A DNA stretch of 64,000 nt from an uncultured delta proteobacterium. Lineage in GTDB: Bacteria > Desulfobacterota > Desulfomonilia > Desulfomonilales > Desulfomonilaceae. The position numbers and the translations under genes were made by a program. Location of the stretch: positions 1 through 64,000 of the forward strand of contig CAWBKB010000004.1 in NCBI GenBank assembly GCA_963789265.1, in the 5' to 3' direction. Below, one piece after another: positions 10,181-20,258 of this stretch; the first letter of the stretch is position 1; the number at the start of each line of letters is the position of its first letter. The notes beneath the pieces are model-generated. The model searched no databases. It was not told the origin of the DNA and saw only the letters and a list, made by a program, of their open reading frames with translations.

Positions 10181-10690
10181 ATTACCACGGAATCCATTCT
10201 TAATCACAAGAAAGTACTTGTCGTTGATGATGAACCGGACATTCTTGAGGTCGTCAAGGACGAAATAGCGGAGTCCTGTCCCAGCACCGAGGTCGATACG
10301 GCAGGCAACTATGCAAGCGCTGCCGAACTCCTGAAATCAAAGGAGTATGACCTGGTCATTCTCGACATTATGGGCGTTCGTGGTTTTGATCTCTTAGAAA
10401 TTGCTGTGGGCCGGAAGTTTAAAGTAGTCATGCTCACAGCTCACGACCTTAATCCTGAAGCCCTCTGTAAAACCCATGATTTGGGCGGTATGGCTTACTT
10501 GCCCAAGGACGAGATTGGCGAACTAGTACCCTTCCTGGAAGACGTCCTGCAACATGACCATAAATCCGGGTGGCGGCTGCTTATGCAAAAACTGGATGCT
10601 TACTTCACCGAGAAGTTTCAATCTCCGGCTTGGAGGGACAAGATACATTGGTATCATCGCCATGCCCCTCGATCTAATGACGACGATTGA
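10181..10690 (+). CDS. Stand-alone response regulator (receiver domain); apparent ATT start
   Basis: The frame of the 10370 ORF extends upstream through KKVLVVDDEPDILE...DLVILDIMG. An RBS (GAGGAG) precedes ATT at 10181, and there is an in-frame TGA at 10172. Confidence 0.8.
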   Translation: MTTESILNHKKVLVVDDEPDILEVVKDEIAESCPSTEVDTAGNYASAAELLKSKEYDLVILDIMGVRGFDLLEIAVGRKFKVVMLTAHDLNPEALCKTHDLGGMAYLPKDEIGELVPFLEDVLQHDHKSGWRLLMQKLDAYFTEKFQSPAWRDKIHWYHRHAPRSNDDD

Positions 10691-10810
10691 GGCATGAAAA
10701 CTCGCTCCCCAAATTCCTCCTTTGGAAAGGCAGAGTTACCCTCACGCTTCCTGCCATTCTAAGTGGCAATTGCTGTTGAGATTACAGGCTTGAAAGGGAA
10801 GGACAGTGCA

Positions 10811-11599
10811 ATGAGACCGAAAGGCAGATTGGAGAATCGCAATGCATTGATTACCGGCGGAAGTCGAGGTATCGGCAAAGAGATCGCTCGCCGTTTTGTA
10901 TATGAGGGGGCCAACGTCTTTCTTTGCGCCAGAGGTGAAAGCGCTCTGAACGACGCTGCCGAAGAACTCCGTCAGATGGGAGGAAAGGTAGCCACTCATG
11001 TGGCCGATGTGTCGGATCGGGGGGCCGTAGAACGGACGGTAGGACATGCCCTGGCCGAATTGGGGGTCCTCGACATCCTTGTGAACAACGCAGGAATAAT
11101 GTTGCCCAAGCGGTTCATGGATTATTCCTTCGAGGAGTTCGACCGGATAATGAAGGTGAACTTCTATGGCGTTTTGCACGTAACTCGGGCAGTCCTCCCC
11201 TCCATGATGGAGCGCAAGTGCGGCAAGATCATAAACATGGCGTCCACTGCAGGCAAATGGGGCTCCGTGAGTCAAAGTGCCTACAACACCTCAAAACACG
11301 CCGTAGTCGGTCTCACCCGATGCCTGGCCCTCGAAATGGCACCGTTTCATATCAACGTGAATGCGATCTGTCCCGCCGGGGTACAAGGCGACGAAATAGA
11401 AACAATGGTGGAACATTTGGCCAAGCAGTTGAAGGTGACCAAGGAACAGGCACGAAAGAATATTACCTCTCGATCCCCTATCGGTCGCTTTATCAATCCT
11501 GACGAGGTTGCGGCCCTGGCAGTATATCTAGCATCCGACGAGTCGGATGCGATGACGGCCCAGTCGCTCTCTCTTTGCGGCGGATACCTTATGGTGTAG
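10811..11599 (+). CDS. SDR family oxidoreductase
   Basis: TGGSRGIG, NNAG, YNTSK. Confidence 0.95.
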   Translation: MRPKGRLENRNALITGGSRGIGKEIARRFVYEGANVFLCARGESALNDAAEELRQMGGKVATHVADVSDRGAVERTVGHALAELGVLDILVNNAGIMLPKRFMDYSFEEFDRIMKVNFYGVLHVTRAVLPSMMERKCGKIINMASTAGKWGSVSQSAYNTSKHAVVGLTRCLALEMAPFHINVNAICPAGVQGDEIETMVEHLAKQLKVTKEQARKNITSRSPIGRFINPDEVAALAVYLASDESDAMTAQSLSLCGGYLMV

Positions 11600-12000
11600 C
11601 CGCAAATGGGTGGCACTAATCCCCGGTGGCAAAAGACGGCGTCAGAGAAGTGATGCGAATTCCGAGAGCTGCGGAGAGAGGAAGACATGTCCGATGTTTC
11701 TTCTAGCAGGTCGGGCAGCCGTAGTGATGGGCGCCGAAGCCGATTTGGGGAGGGAGTTCGCGATTACTCGGGTAAAGATAGGATGATGTGCCCATCAAAT
11801 GACAGTATGGGGCGATGGCTGGAAAAATGAAGAAGCCGCAGCGTCGATACAGAAATTTTGGTTCTAACGAAAGGAGGCGAGGACCAGAGGGAACGGGCTG
11901 AGCTCAAACGACCGATTGGAGGATGAAGATGCCAAGGCATGCAGAACTAAGCCTTTTATTGGGGAATGGACGGCAATATCAAACCTTAAGGAGGAACCAC

Positions 12001-13050
12001 ATGAGAAGCCTGCGCGAAACAAGTTGCATCGTTGTGATCTTCATGTCGGTACTTGCGTTTTTGGCAGTGACAGTCGGGACATGTCTTGCTGAAGGCCCCG
12101 CTATGAAGATCGCACCGAAGGGGAAAAAGAAGATCACAATAGGGGTCATCGACCCCAACGCCGGGATTGAAGTCGCCGCACAATTCAATAAAAAACATAG
12201 AGCCGCGGCGGCAAAGAGAGGCTGGGATATTCGATTCGTCGACTTGAAGGACAACATACCTCAAGCATCGGCCGACATGGAAAACATGATATCGGCCGGG
12301 TACGACGGCATCATACTTCATTGGATGCCGCTGAGAGCCGTTGAAAAGCAAATAAAGTTGGCCTTCGACAAAGGGATTCCGGTAGTTACCCTTATTTCGC
12401 AGGGCACGAGGACTCCCGGCGTTCTGGCGGAGGTGGGATTCATGGAGTCCACTCATGGGGCGATGCTTGCCGAGTATCTGGGAAACAAGCTGAAAGCAGG
12501 AGACAAAGTGGTCACCGTCACCATACCCATGTTGGAAAAGCATGAAAAACAATTGGCCGGTTTTAAGGGCGTAGCCGATACATACAAGCTGAAGATCATC
12601 CAGAATCTCCAATATCAGTTTTCAGGAGATCCGTTTCAGTGGGCACATGACCAGATCACGAACATGCTAGTGGCCGACTCTAAGAAAGAAATCAAGGGCA
12701 TTTATGCGAGCACGGACATCCTCGGCACTCCGGCCGCGCGGGCGTGCCATGAGCGAGGTCGTGACGACGTCATCGTCGTCATGAGCGACGACTCCGCTCA
12801 TGTCTACACGGAGATCCGGGAGCTGCCCGCTCTCCAGGCGGTAGCCGCCATGTCTATCCATGAAAAATCAATGAATGACTTAGTATTCAGCCTTTTTGAC
12901 AAGGTGTTTAAGGGGGAAGGCGTTGTAAGCCAAAAATGGTACCCGGTCCTTGGAAGCCTCATGACGAGGGACAAGCTTCCTCCTCCAGGATATGGTTACG
13001 ACGTTTGCGGAGGTTACAAGGATCGCAAACCTGATTTCACTGTGAAATAG
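12001..13050 (+). CDS. Sugar-type ABC transporter substrate-binding protein (RbsB-like)
   Basis: Signal peptide, ENMISAGYDGII, KGIPVVT. Confidence 0.88.
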   Translation: MRSLRETSCIVVIFMSVLAFLAVTVGTCLAEGPAMKIAPKGKKKITIGVIDPNAGIEVAAQFNKKHRAAAAKRGWDIRFVDLKDNIPQASADMENMISAGYDGIILHWMPLRAVEKQIKLAFDKGIPVVTLISQGTRTPGVLAEVGFMESTHGAMLAEYLGNKLKAGDKVVTVTIPMLEKHEKQLAGFKGVADTYKLKIIQNLQYQFSGDPFQWAHDQITNMLVADSKKEIKGIYASTDILGTPAARACHERGRDDVIVVMSDDSAHVYTEIRELPALQAVAAMSIHEKSMNDLVFSLFDKVFKGEGVVSQKWYPVLGSLMTRDKLPPPGYGYDVCGGYKDRKPDFTVK

Positions 13051-13158
13051 CAATAATTGCTGGGTGCGGCCTTTTCCCACAGGATTTGGATGGGAAGGGG
13101 GAGACGCAAGAAATGAGTTTGTACCGTTGTCTCAGTGCGACATCAGGAGCAACCGCTG

Positions 13159-14679
13159 ATGGAAACCGGTGTGAAGGAGGGCGTCATTCTGGAGGCCAAA
13201 GGAATTGTGAAACAGTTCTCTGGCCAGCGTGCACTCGATAAAGTGGACCTGGATGTCCGGACGGGTGAAGTGCATGCCCTGATCGGCGAAAACGGTGCAG
13301 GCAAATCCACGCTTGTCAAGATCATTGCCGGGGCCATCCGGGCGGATAGCGGTGAGATACTGCTGGACGGGAAGCGCGTGACCATTGACAGCCCCAGGGA
13401 CAGCCGAGAGTTGGGTCTTGCCTTCATTCACCAGGACCTTAATGTGGTACCGCATCTCTCTGTTGCTGAAAACATATACCTGGGAAGGTATCCAAGAAGT
13501 TCATTCGGATTGGTACGAGTGCCCAAGATGGCTGACATGGCACGCACTATCCCCGGAGCTGTCCGCATAAACGCGGATCTCCGGAGGCCGGTAGGGGAAC
13601 TGCCTCTCATCGAACAGTGGAAAACAGTCATTAACCGGGCTCTTGCCATGAATTCTCGGGTCATTTTCATGGATGAGCCTACCACCTCTCTGACCCATAG
13701 CGAGGTCGAGGAACTCTTCAACTCTATCTCTCATCTAAAAGAAACGGGAAAGGCGATCGTCTACGTTTCCCATCGGATGGAAGAGATCTTCAGAATCGCC
13801 GATAGGGTGACGGTCATCAAGGACGCAATGAAAGTCGGAACCTCGCCTGTAAGCGTGCTGAACTCGAGGCAACTCTACAGCATGATGCTGGGAAGAGAAT
13901 TCGAGGATGTCTTCCCCGCAAAGGCCCCACCGGGAGAGAAGGTTCGCCTCGAAGTAAAGAATCTTTCCCGGGGGCATGCCGTTACGGACATCAGTTTTCA
14001 ACTTCGAGAGAGCGAGATTCTCGGTCTTGCCGGACTTGTCGGCTCCGGGAGAACAGAACTAGCCCGTCTGCTTTTCGGCGCGGACCGCAAGGACCGAGGA
14101 GATATCTTTATAAACGGTGAAAAAGCGGCCATCGGATGTCCCGTGGACTCTATCAGGAAGGGTATCGGCCTAGTGCCGGAGGACCGACACACACAGGGTT
14201 TGGTCCTTCCCATGGACGTGAAGCAGAATATTACTCTCGCGAGCCTTAAACAACTATGGAAATCAGTCCGACTTCCCCTTTTGAGCCGCCGAAAAGAGAG
14301 CACGCTTGCCGCAAAGTTCATCATCACGACAGCCGTCAAAACGTATGGAGTCGGCCAGCCGGTATCCTCGCTCAGCGGCGGAAATCAACAGAAGGTAGTG
14401 CTTGCCAAATGGCTCTGCGCCAAGTCGGAGGTTCTGATACTTGACGAGCCGACGAAAGGGATCGACGTCGGGGCGAAATTCGCACTCTATCGGCTCATTA
14501 CCGATCTTGCCAGGGCGGGGAAGTCAATCATAGTCATATCCTCCGATCTCATCGAAGTCTTGGGACTTTGTCATCGGATTCTCGTGCTGGACGGGGGTAG
14601 AATCAAAGCAGACCTGAAGAGGGAGGAGACTGACCTGACGTCCCTCCTTGCCTTGTGCCTGGAAACATCGATCAACTGA
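13159..14679 (+). CDS. Sugar ABC transporter ATP-binding protein (RbsA-like)
   Basis: GENGAGKST, two ABC domains, LSGGNQQKV. Confidence 0.95.
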   Translation: METGVKEGVILEAKGIVKQFSGQRALDKVDLDVRTGEVHALIGENGAGKSTLVKIIAGAIRADSGEILLDGKRVTIDSPRDSRELGLAFIHQDLNVVPHLSVAENIYLGRYPRSSFGLVRVPKMADMARTIPGAVRINADLRRPVGELPLIEQWKTVINRALAMNSRVIFMDEPTTSLTHSEVEELFNSISHLKETGKAIVYVSHRMEEIFRIADRVTVIKDAMKVGTSPVSVLNSRQLYSMMLGREFEDVFPAKAPPGEKVRLEVKNLSRGHAVTDISFQLRESEILGLAGLVGSGRTELARLLFGADRKDRGDIFINGEKAAIGCPVDSIRKGIGLVPEDRHTQGLVLPMDVKQNITLASLKQLWKSVRLPLLSRRKESTLAAKFIITTAVKTYGVGQPVSSLSGGNQQKVVLAKWLCAKSEVLILDEPTKGIDVGAKFALYRLITDLARAGKSIIVISSDLIEVLGLCHRILVLDGGRIKADLKREETDLTSLLALCLETSIN

Positions 14680-14698
14680 GCTGTGAGGAGATAGTTCC

Positions 14699-15661
14699 AT
14701 GAAAAGTAGGGAATTAACCAGGGTTCGGTTTCTCGTATTTGCGGGGAAGTATGGAACGCTAATTTGTCTCTTCGCCATGATCGTTGTTTTCAGCATCCTC
14801 CTGCCGGCCTTCCGGTCGTCCAACAACCTCGTCAATCTGTTGGGGCAGACGGCCATCCTCTCGATAATGGCAGCCGGGATGACCTGTACGCTCAAGATGG
14901 GAGACTTTGATCTTTCCATCGGGGCCATTGCTGCCCTCACCGGGATAGTCAGCGCAAAGATTCTGTTGGCTGGCGGAGGCATCCCGCTAGCCATCGCCTT
15001 TGGCCTTGCAACGGGTCTCATAATTGGCCTAATTAATGGTGTCTTTGTGGCCTACATTGGGCTTAACGCATTTGTTTGCACCCTGGCCACAATGAGCATA
15101 ATCTTCGGGTTGTGCCTGACGGTCACCAAGGGCATCATGTTATTCGGCCTGCCTCATAGCTTCGAGTTCTTCGGCAGAGGAGACGTACTCGGGATCCCGT
15201 TCCGCTTCGTCTTCATGATCTGCTTGCTGTTTGTCCTATGGTTTTTCCACGAGTACACGCCTACTGGCAGAAGGATGGAGGCCATCGGAGGTAATCCGGT
15301 GTCCGCGCAACTTTCCGGAATCAAGGTGGAATGGAACAGGCTCTTCGGCTACCTGTTATCAGGCGCTTGTGCAGCGGCCGCCGGGATTTTGCTGGCCTCA
15401 TCGACGATGAGTGCGACCTCCACGCAGGGTGGCGCCTATCTGTTGGATGCTTTTGGCGCCTCCTTTATCGGCGCCTCGACGGTTCGTGTCGGCCAGTTTC
15501 ATATCCCGGGTACCTTTGTCGGGGTTCTCATCGTCGTTATAGCGGTCAACGGCCTTATCATTCTTATGGTGCCGGGCTATCTGACGGACATGATCAAGGG
15601 AATTATTCTTCTCCTGGCAATCATGTTGTCTGGAGCGGTCGGGAAGTTTGTTAAGGGCTAA
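14699..15661 (+). CDS. Sugar ABC transporter permease (RbsC-like)
   Basis: DLSIG, GGN..SA.LSGI, hydrophobic segments. Confidence 0.93.
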   Translation: MKSRELTRVRFLVFAGKYGTLICLFAMIVVFSILLPAFRSSNNLVNLLGQTAILSIMAAGMTCTLKMGDFDLSIGAIAALTGIVSAKILLAGGGIPLAIAFGLATGLIIGLINGVFVAYIGLNAFVCTLATMSIIFGLCLTVTKGIMLFGLPHSFEFFGRGDVLGIPFRFVFMICLLFVLWFFHEYTPTGRRMEAIGGNPVSAQLSGIKVEWNRLFGYLLSGACAAAAGILLASSTMSATSTQGGAYLLDAFGASFIGASTVRVGQFHIPGTFVGVLIVVIAVNGLIILMVPGYLTDMIKGIILLLAIMLSGAVGKFVKG

Positions 15662-15883
15662 CAAAGAGAAAAAACTGGGCATCCTATTAACAAAGTGCTT
15701 GAAAGAATTCCTGGCCTTGCCGGCCTGCTGGATGTGGGGCAAAGACTTACTGGAAGCGATAAGTATCTGAAGATCCAGGGTGGAAGAGAATCTATCAAGT
15801 GCGTGGCTTACAGAGGCTTTCCGGCCGAGGTGGAGGATCTTTTCCACAAAAAAGGACTCGCTTCCTCAAAAGGCGGCTTGACA

Positions 15884-15987
15884 TGAGTCAAGAATAGACT
15901 TGAACCCTTTTGACAAAGTAGCGGCACCCCGCAAACCCGGACCAAAAGGAACCCCCAGAGAGAATTGAGTGTGGTGTACCCGGAATT
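15884..15987 (+). repeat. Two adjacent REP/RAYT-type end motifs (TGAGTCAAGAATAGACTTGAACCC; AATTGAGTGTGGTGTACCCGGAATT)
   Basis: They match the 1564/1739/19141 site and the 35120 site respectively. Between them is a short peptide tail, AAPRKPGPKGTPREN*. Confidence 0.7.
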
Positions 15988-15989
15988 CT

Positions 15990-16264
15990 CTTCGGCTCAG
16001 CTAGATGTGAAGGATATTGCCGCCTTTATCGCTGAAGACAGCCCCTCGGCGGCAAAACGATTTGTCAAAAGCTTATTCCAGGCTGTGGAAAGATCAGCAG
16101 AGTTTCCGGAGTCTGGGCGCATTGTTCCGGACTTCAGCGATCCCGTCATCCGATAATTAATTCGCAGACCGTGTAGGATCGTCTACAGAGTCGATAGCCT
16201 AGAAAGCACAGTTCAGATACTAAGAGTCTGGCACACGGCTAGGGGCACACCCGATGTCCCGTAG
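15990..16264 (+). pseudogene. RelE/ParE toxin pseudogene
   Basis: AQLDVKDIAAFIAEDSPSAAKRFV...FPESGRIVP..IR*LIRRPCRIVYRV...ILRVWHTAR. The 5' end is missing and there is an internal TAA at 16154. Confidence 0.85.
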
Positions 16265-16902
16265 TGCGGGCGCGGGGATGGCGGCTTAGGCCGGGAGGCG
16301 TGGATCAAAACTTCAATCGTTTAATCTTATAGCGTCTTACACATTATCCGCATTGTGTACCGGACTGCTTGCGGTGGATTCATCCCTTCGCGTTCCAATT
16401 GTGTCCACCATTCAACCGGCCAATTCCGCAAATCGTGGTCATCATAAGTTTGCAATTCTAATCTTAAAAGTTGAAGCCAATTCTCCATAACTTAATCTCG
16501 CTCGGCCCCGCTCTGTAATCCACATGCTAATGGGCATGTAACGGGTCCTTAGCCCGGGACCTAGGATCATCGTTTGTGAAGTGGCGGTCCCGGTCCTGTT
16601 CGGCCCTCAAGTAACGGCCTGCAAAGACTCAAATGACCCATTCCTTCAATGTGATACCGACTTATCTTACAACAGCCGTGCCAAATCTAAACAGCATGTA
16701 GTTCTAGCACGTTAAAGGCTAGGAGATGTTGATGAAAATCCAGGGAAGTGCAAAAATGGCCCGAGGCTGACTCTGGGCGGGCGCTAATCGCCCATCGGCG
16801 TTCTTGAATTGACCCCTCAAGCAAACCTGGGCCGCGCACAAACAAAACAGCCGCGGGACACGAAATGATCCTGCGGCTGTCTCATTATTCGCCTGTGGGG
16901 AT

Positions 16903-17829
16903 CTATTTCCCTGCAAGCTCGATAAGTATTTTCGCCAATTCCTCAGGGTGGGAAAAATTGGCAGTATGGCTGCTGTTTATTGTCACCACCTCTGTTTTAT
17001 TCTGTGGGGTAAAGGCATCCGCCTTATCAATAAAGAGTTTCTGCAGTGCAGGTCGTATGGCGTAGTCCTCGCTGCAACTTATGTATGCCCTCTTGACACT
17101 TCCCCATTTGGCCTGTGTGGTCTTTACCGGTGTTGCTATCTCCTTAATGGGAAGGTCAGGAGTGAGGAAATAGCAAGACATGTCAAAGACAGCATCATCG
17201 ACATCAGCACCGAATGCCTTCTTGGCTGTTCCGCGGTAGGCAGGATCATCCGATCTAGGGTCAATCCTTACGGCACCGACCACTTTAGGATCCGCTTTCA
17301 CAAGGGAGTTGACCGGAGAGTCCTGGTTTTCAGGGCCGGTTGTGTATTTGCTGGGAGGCACATTCGACTCCGGCATGAAAGCCGACACGTACACAAGCTT
17401 CTTGATCTTCTCCGGCGCCATCTCCCCAACCAAGGTGATTGGCACTCCTCCCATACTGTGACCCACAAGGACCACCGGACCCGATCCGCCCTGCATCAAT
17501 GCATCGATCGTCCCCATGATCTTGTCGGCCATTGCTTGCAGAGTCACATCTCGCACAGGTGACGGCTCGGTGGCGAAGGCCTTAGGGTCGAAGGGCCGCT
17601 TCAAAAACGATTTGGGGAGTTTTGCATTCAAGCCGTACCCCGGCAGGTCTATCGCTACCGCCTTGTGGCCGGCTTTACCTAGAAAAGGTATCACTTTTTC
17701 CCAGCACCATCCTCCACTCCAGGCCCCGTGAACCAGCACGTATGTGGCTGACTCGGCGTAATGGCCGGTGCAGAAGACAAGTGGGAGACAGAGGAACAGG
17801 CCTGTGAACAACTTATGTAACCTACTCAT
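16903..17829 (-). CDS. Secreted alpha/beta hydrolase (methylesterase-like)
   Basis: Signal peptide, LVHGAWSGGWCW, GHSMGG nucleophile elbow, catalytic D and H. Confidence 0.93.
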   Translation of the reverse strand: MSRLHKLFTGLFLCLPLVFCTGHYAESATYVLVHGAWSGGWCWEKVIPFLGKAGHKAVAIDLPGYGLNAKLPKSFLKRPFDPKAFATEPSPVRDVTLQAMADKIMGTIDALMQGGSGPVVLVGHSMGGVPITLVGEMAPEKIKKLVYVSAFMPESNVPPSKYTTGPENQDSPVNSLVKADPKVVGAVRIDPRSDDPAYRGTAKKAFGADVDDAVFDMSCYFLTPDLPIKEIATPVKTTQAKWGSVKRAYISCSEDYAIRPALQKLFIDKADAFTPQNKTEVVTINSSHTANFSHPEELAKILIELAGK

Positions 17830-18311
17830 AGAGATCCTCCTTTTCCCCGGAAATGTGCCGCAATGTTGTCGATTATGGTGTGCCTCGGACGCAGCCCCCT
17901 CGCGGAAGGGTCATTCTGAAATGACGAGAGACGCCCTGATGGTCCCTCCATCAGGCAGGAGAATGGCAAAATCGCCGTCATGTTGATGAAAGAGTCAGCC
18001 TTTTTTGCGTTGGTTAACAGTAAGTGACCGCATGCCCCTTGTCAAGAAAAAACGGCGGAATTCTGGGGACATAACAATTATTTTCATATTGTCCAGCATC
18101 GTGTTTGCTTGATGGATATTTGTGAGAGAGAACGGTTTGCAGCAACGGTCGAGAAACTGACGGGCCGGAACGTAAGCAAGGAAAGGGGCAGGCGGCCGCG
18201 GGAACACCGTTCGTGAAAGATGGCATTATGTTCCCAGAAATCTTGCGCTGAAGATAAAGCGAAGTCAGGATCAGTATTGACCTATGACGTTTCTCGTTAT
18301 ACCATACATCT

Positions 18312-18600
18312 ATGATAGTCAGTTTCAAGGACAAAGACACCGAAAAGGTCTTCAAACGGGAGTATTCCAGAAAAACACCCCAGGCAATTCAAGCCGCTGC
18401 AAACAAAAAGCTTATAATGCTACCACGCGGCTGCGTATCTTGAAGACTTGAACAGTCCTCCGGGAAACCGGCTGGAACAACTCAACGGCGACCGAATAGG
18501 ACAGCACAGCATACGTATCAACGATCAGTACCGGATCTGTTTCGTCTGGGCTGAAGGTAAAGCCCACGGGGTCGAGATCGTTGATTACCACAAAGGATAG
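18312..18600 (+). pseudogene. higB: HigB (RelE-family) toxin, +1 frameshift near 18423
   Basis: MIVSFKDKDTEKVF...KLIML / HAAAYLEDL..PPGNRLE.L.GDR.GQHSIRINDQYRICF.W......VEIVDYH. TTGACC-15/17-TATACC-like promoter with a palindrome directly upstream. Confidence 0.88.
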
Positions 18601-18605
18601 AGACC

Positions 18606-18914
18606 ATGACAAGGAAAGTATTGCCTCCGGTTCATCCGGGAGAAATTCTCCTGGAAGAGTTTATAAAGCCTCTCGGAATAAGCCAGAATAGGCTTGCTCG
18701 CGACCTGAAGGTTCCTCCGCGACGAATAAACGAGATCGTTCACGGCAGACGGGGTATTACTATAGATACCGCACTGAGGCTGGCAAGACATTTCGGAACC
18801 TCAGTCGAGTTTTGGATCAACCTGCAGACGCACTATGAGCTGGAGGTAGCCGAGGACAACAAACTGACGGATAGAGTAAAGAAAGAAGTAACGCCTCGAA
18901 CGACAGCGGCATAG
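18606..18914 (+). CDS. higA: HigA family antitoxin
   Basis: PVHPGEILLEEF, RINEI..G.R.IT.DTALRLAR.FGTS.EFW.NLQ. Confidence 0.95.
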   Translation: MTRKVLPPVHPGEILLEEFIKPLGISQNRLARDLKVPPRRINEIVHGRRGITIDTALRLARHFGTSVEFWINLQTHYELEVAEDNKLTDRVKKEVTPRTTAA

Positions 18915-19011
18915 GCAAGATAATCTGTGTGCCAGTTTTTGTAGGATGAGGTGAGAGAAACGAACCTCATCATACGAGGTATTCTCTGTCAAAACTTGTG
19001 CGACCCAAACC

Positions 19012-19479
19012 GTGACCGGTGCGGTTCCCACGCCTCGGGCGTACTCACCAGCACCCTACACGAGGTTGTCATTCCGGCCAGCTCCGGACAGGCCTTCGGA
19101 GCAAGAGCCGGAATCCAGATTCTGTGACGGTTAGGGGATATGAGTCAAGAGGAGATCTGACCCCTTTTTATTGTCCATTAAGCCACATTTCGACGCATTG
19201 CCTGCAGTGATGACTCAAGAGCAGACGTGACCCCTTTTCTGACCCCTTTTCTTTTTCAAAACATGACCGAGCACCCGTAAGAAGTGAGTGTTGCGGTTCT
19301 GAATTCCCCTGGGAAAAAATGAGAGGAAAAATCCAGCGATCCTGGCTAGCCTCCGCTCGTAGTTCTGACCAGCTCTGGATTCGGGCCTGCCTCGGACTGC
19401 GATCCGGGGTCTGGAGCAAGAGCCGGAATCCAGATTCCGTGAGAGTTAGGGAGAGATGAGTCAAGAGGAGACTTGACCC
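19012..19479 (+). repeat. Cluster of shuffled non-coding modules (B'-A-spacer-B), each ending in the TGAGTCAAGA..TGACCCC site
   Basis: Sites at 19141, 19211 and 19457; tandem TGACCCCTTTTC duplication at 19228-19251. Confidence 0.85.
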
Positions 19480-19542
19480 AGTTTTCTTTTGAACAGTGGA
19501 TGTGAGAAGAATGAGGCTACCAAAACGGGCCACAGCCGGCTC

Positions 19543-19839
19543 TTATCCGCCCAGTAATTTATAAAGCACTAAGACCAAAGAAGCAATGGCCACTATCCAT
19601 CCTAGTGGACCGCCAACTGCCGGCAAGCCAAAGGTGATATTATAATTATTCACTACAGGTGGGCCTGATGTCTGTCCGGGACTTACTACAGGTGCGGCTG
19701 GTGTCTGTTTGTAGTTTTGCTGGAGCCCATGTCCCGACAAGCATATAGCGGCACCAACTTCCAGTGGAGAAAAATAAAGAGATCCTGCCAGGAGGAGCAA
19801 GGGGATTAGACAATGCCGACCCTTGTCGAATGCCGTCAT
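19543..19839 (-). CDS. Small hypothetical protein with signal peptide and C-terminal TM helix
   Basis: RBS GGAGGT; hydrophobic N- and C-termini around a Pro-rich linker. Confidence 0.55.
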   Translation of the reverse strand: MTAFDKGRHCLIPLLLLAGSLYFSPLEVGAAICLSGHGLQQNYKQTPAAPVVSPGQTSGPPVVNNYNITFGLPAVGGPLGWIVAIASLVLVLYKLLGG

Positions 19840-20258
19840 TTCGACCTCCTTAGATGCTCTATCGTAGGCCCTTGTGCTTTTCTAGCAACTAAACTCGGAA
19901 TATGATAGCCCTCTCCAGTCGTACGGAGATATGCCATGATTTCCATTCTAATATGATCAAATCTAACAAGTCAAATGATCAAATGTCGGACGGGTCTTAA
20001 GACAATTCTGTGAAGGCGCCTGTCGTGAAACTGCGCATCGCCTGTCTTCCTGATGATAGGACAGCCTGAACTTGAATTAAAAAGAAGGAGTCACCCATTA
20101 AAAAATCGCCTCTAGTCCGTTCTCAGTGATGACGACCTAGGGGAGCCGGTCTGTCTCCGGCACAGGTGGACTTGTCGCTCGGCATAGACGGGAACAAGAT
20201 ACGACTTGCCATCTATCCGCCTCCTTCACTTGCTGGCTCGCAATGGCAGTGGGTTTGC

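Noticed and set aside
16666..16685. Sigma54-like TTGGCACGGCTGTTGT on the minus strand
   Set aside because: The -12 element is imperfect and there is no credible downstream ORF.
19098..19479. Repeated 24-bp sites as a CRISPR array
   Set aside because: Spacing is irregular (70-250 bp), the intervening modules are themselves repeated, and there are no cas genes.
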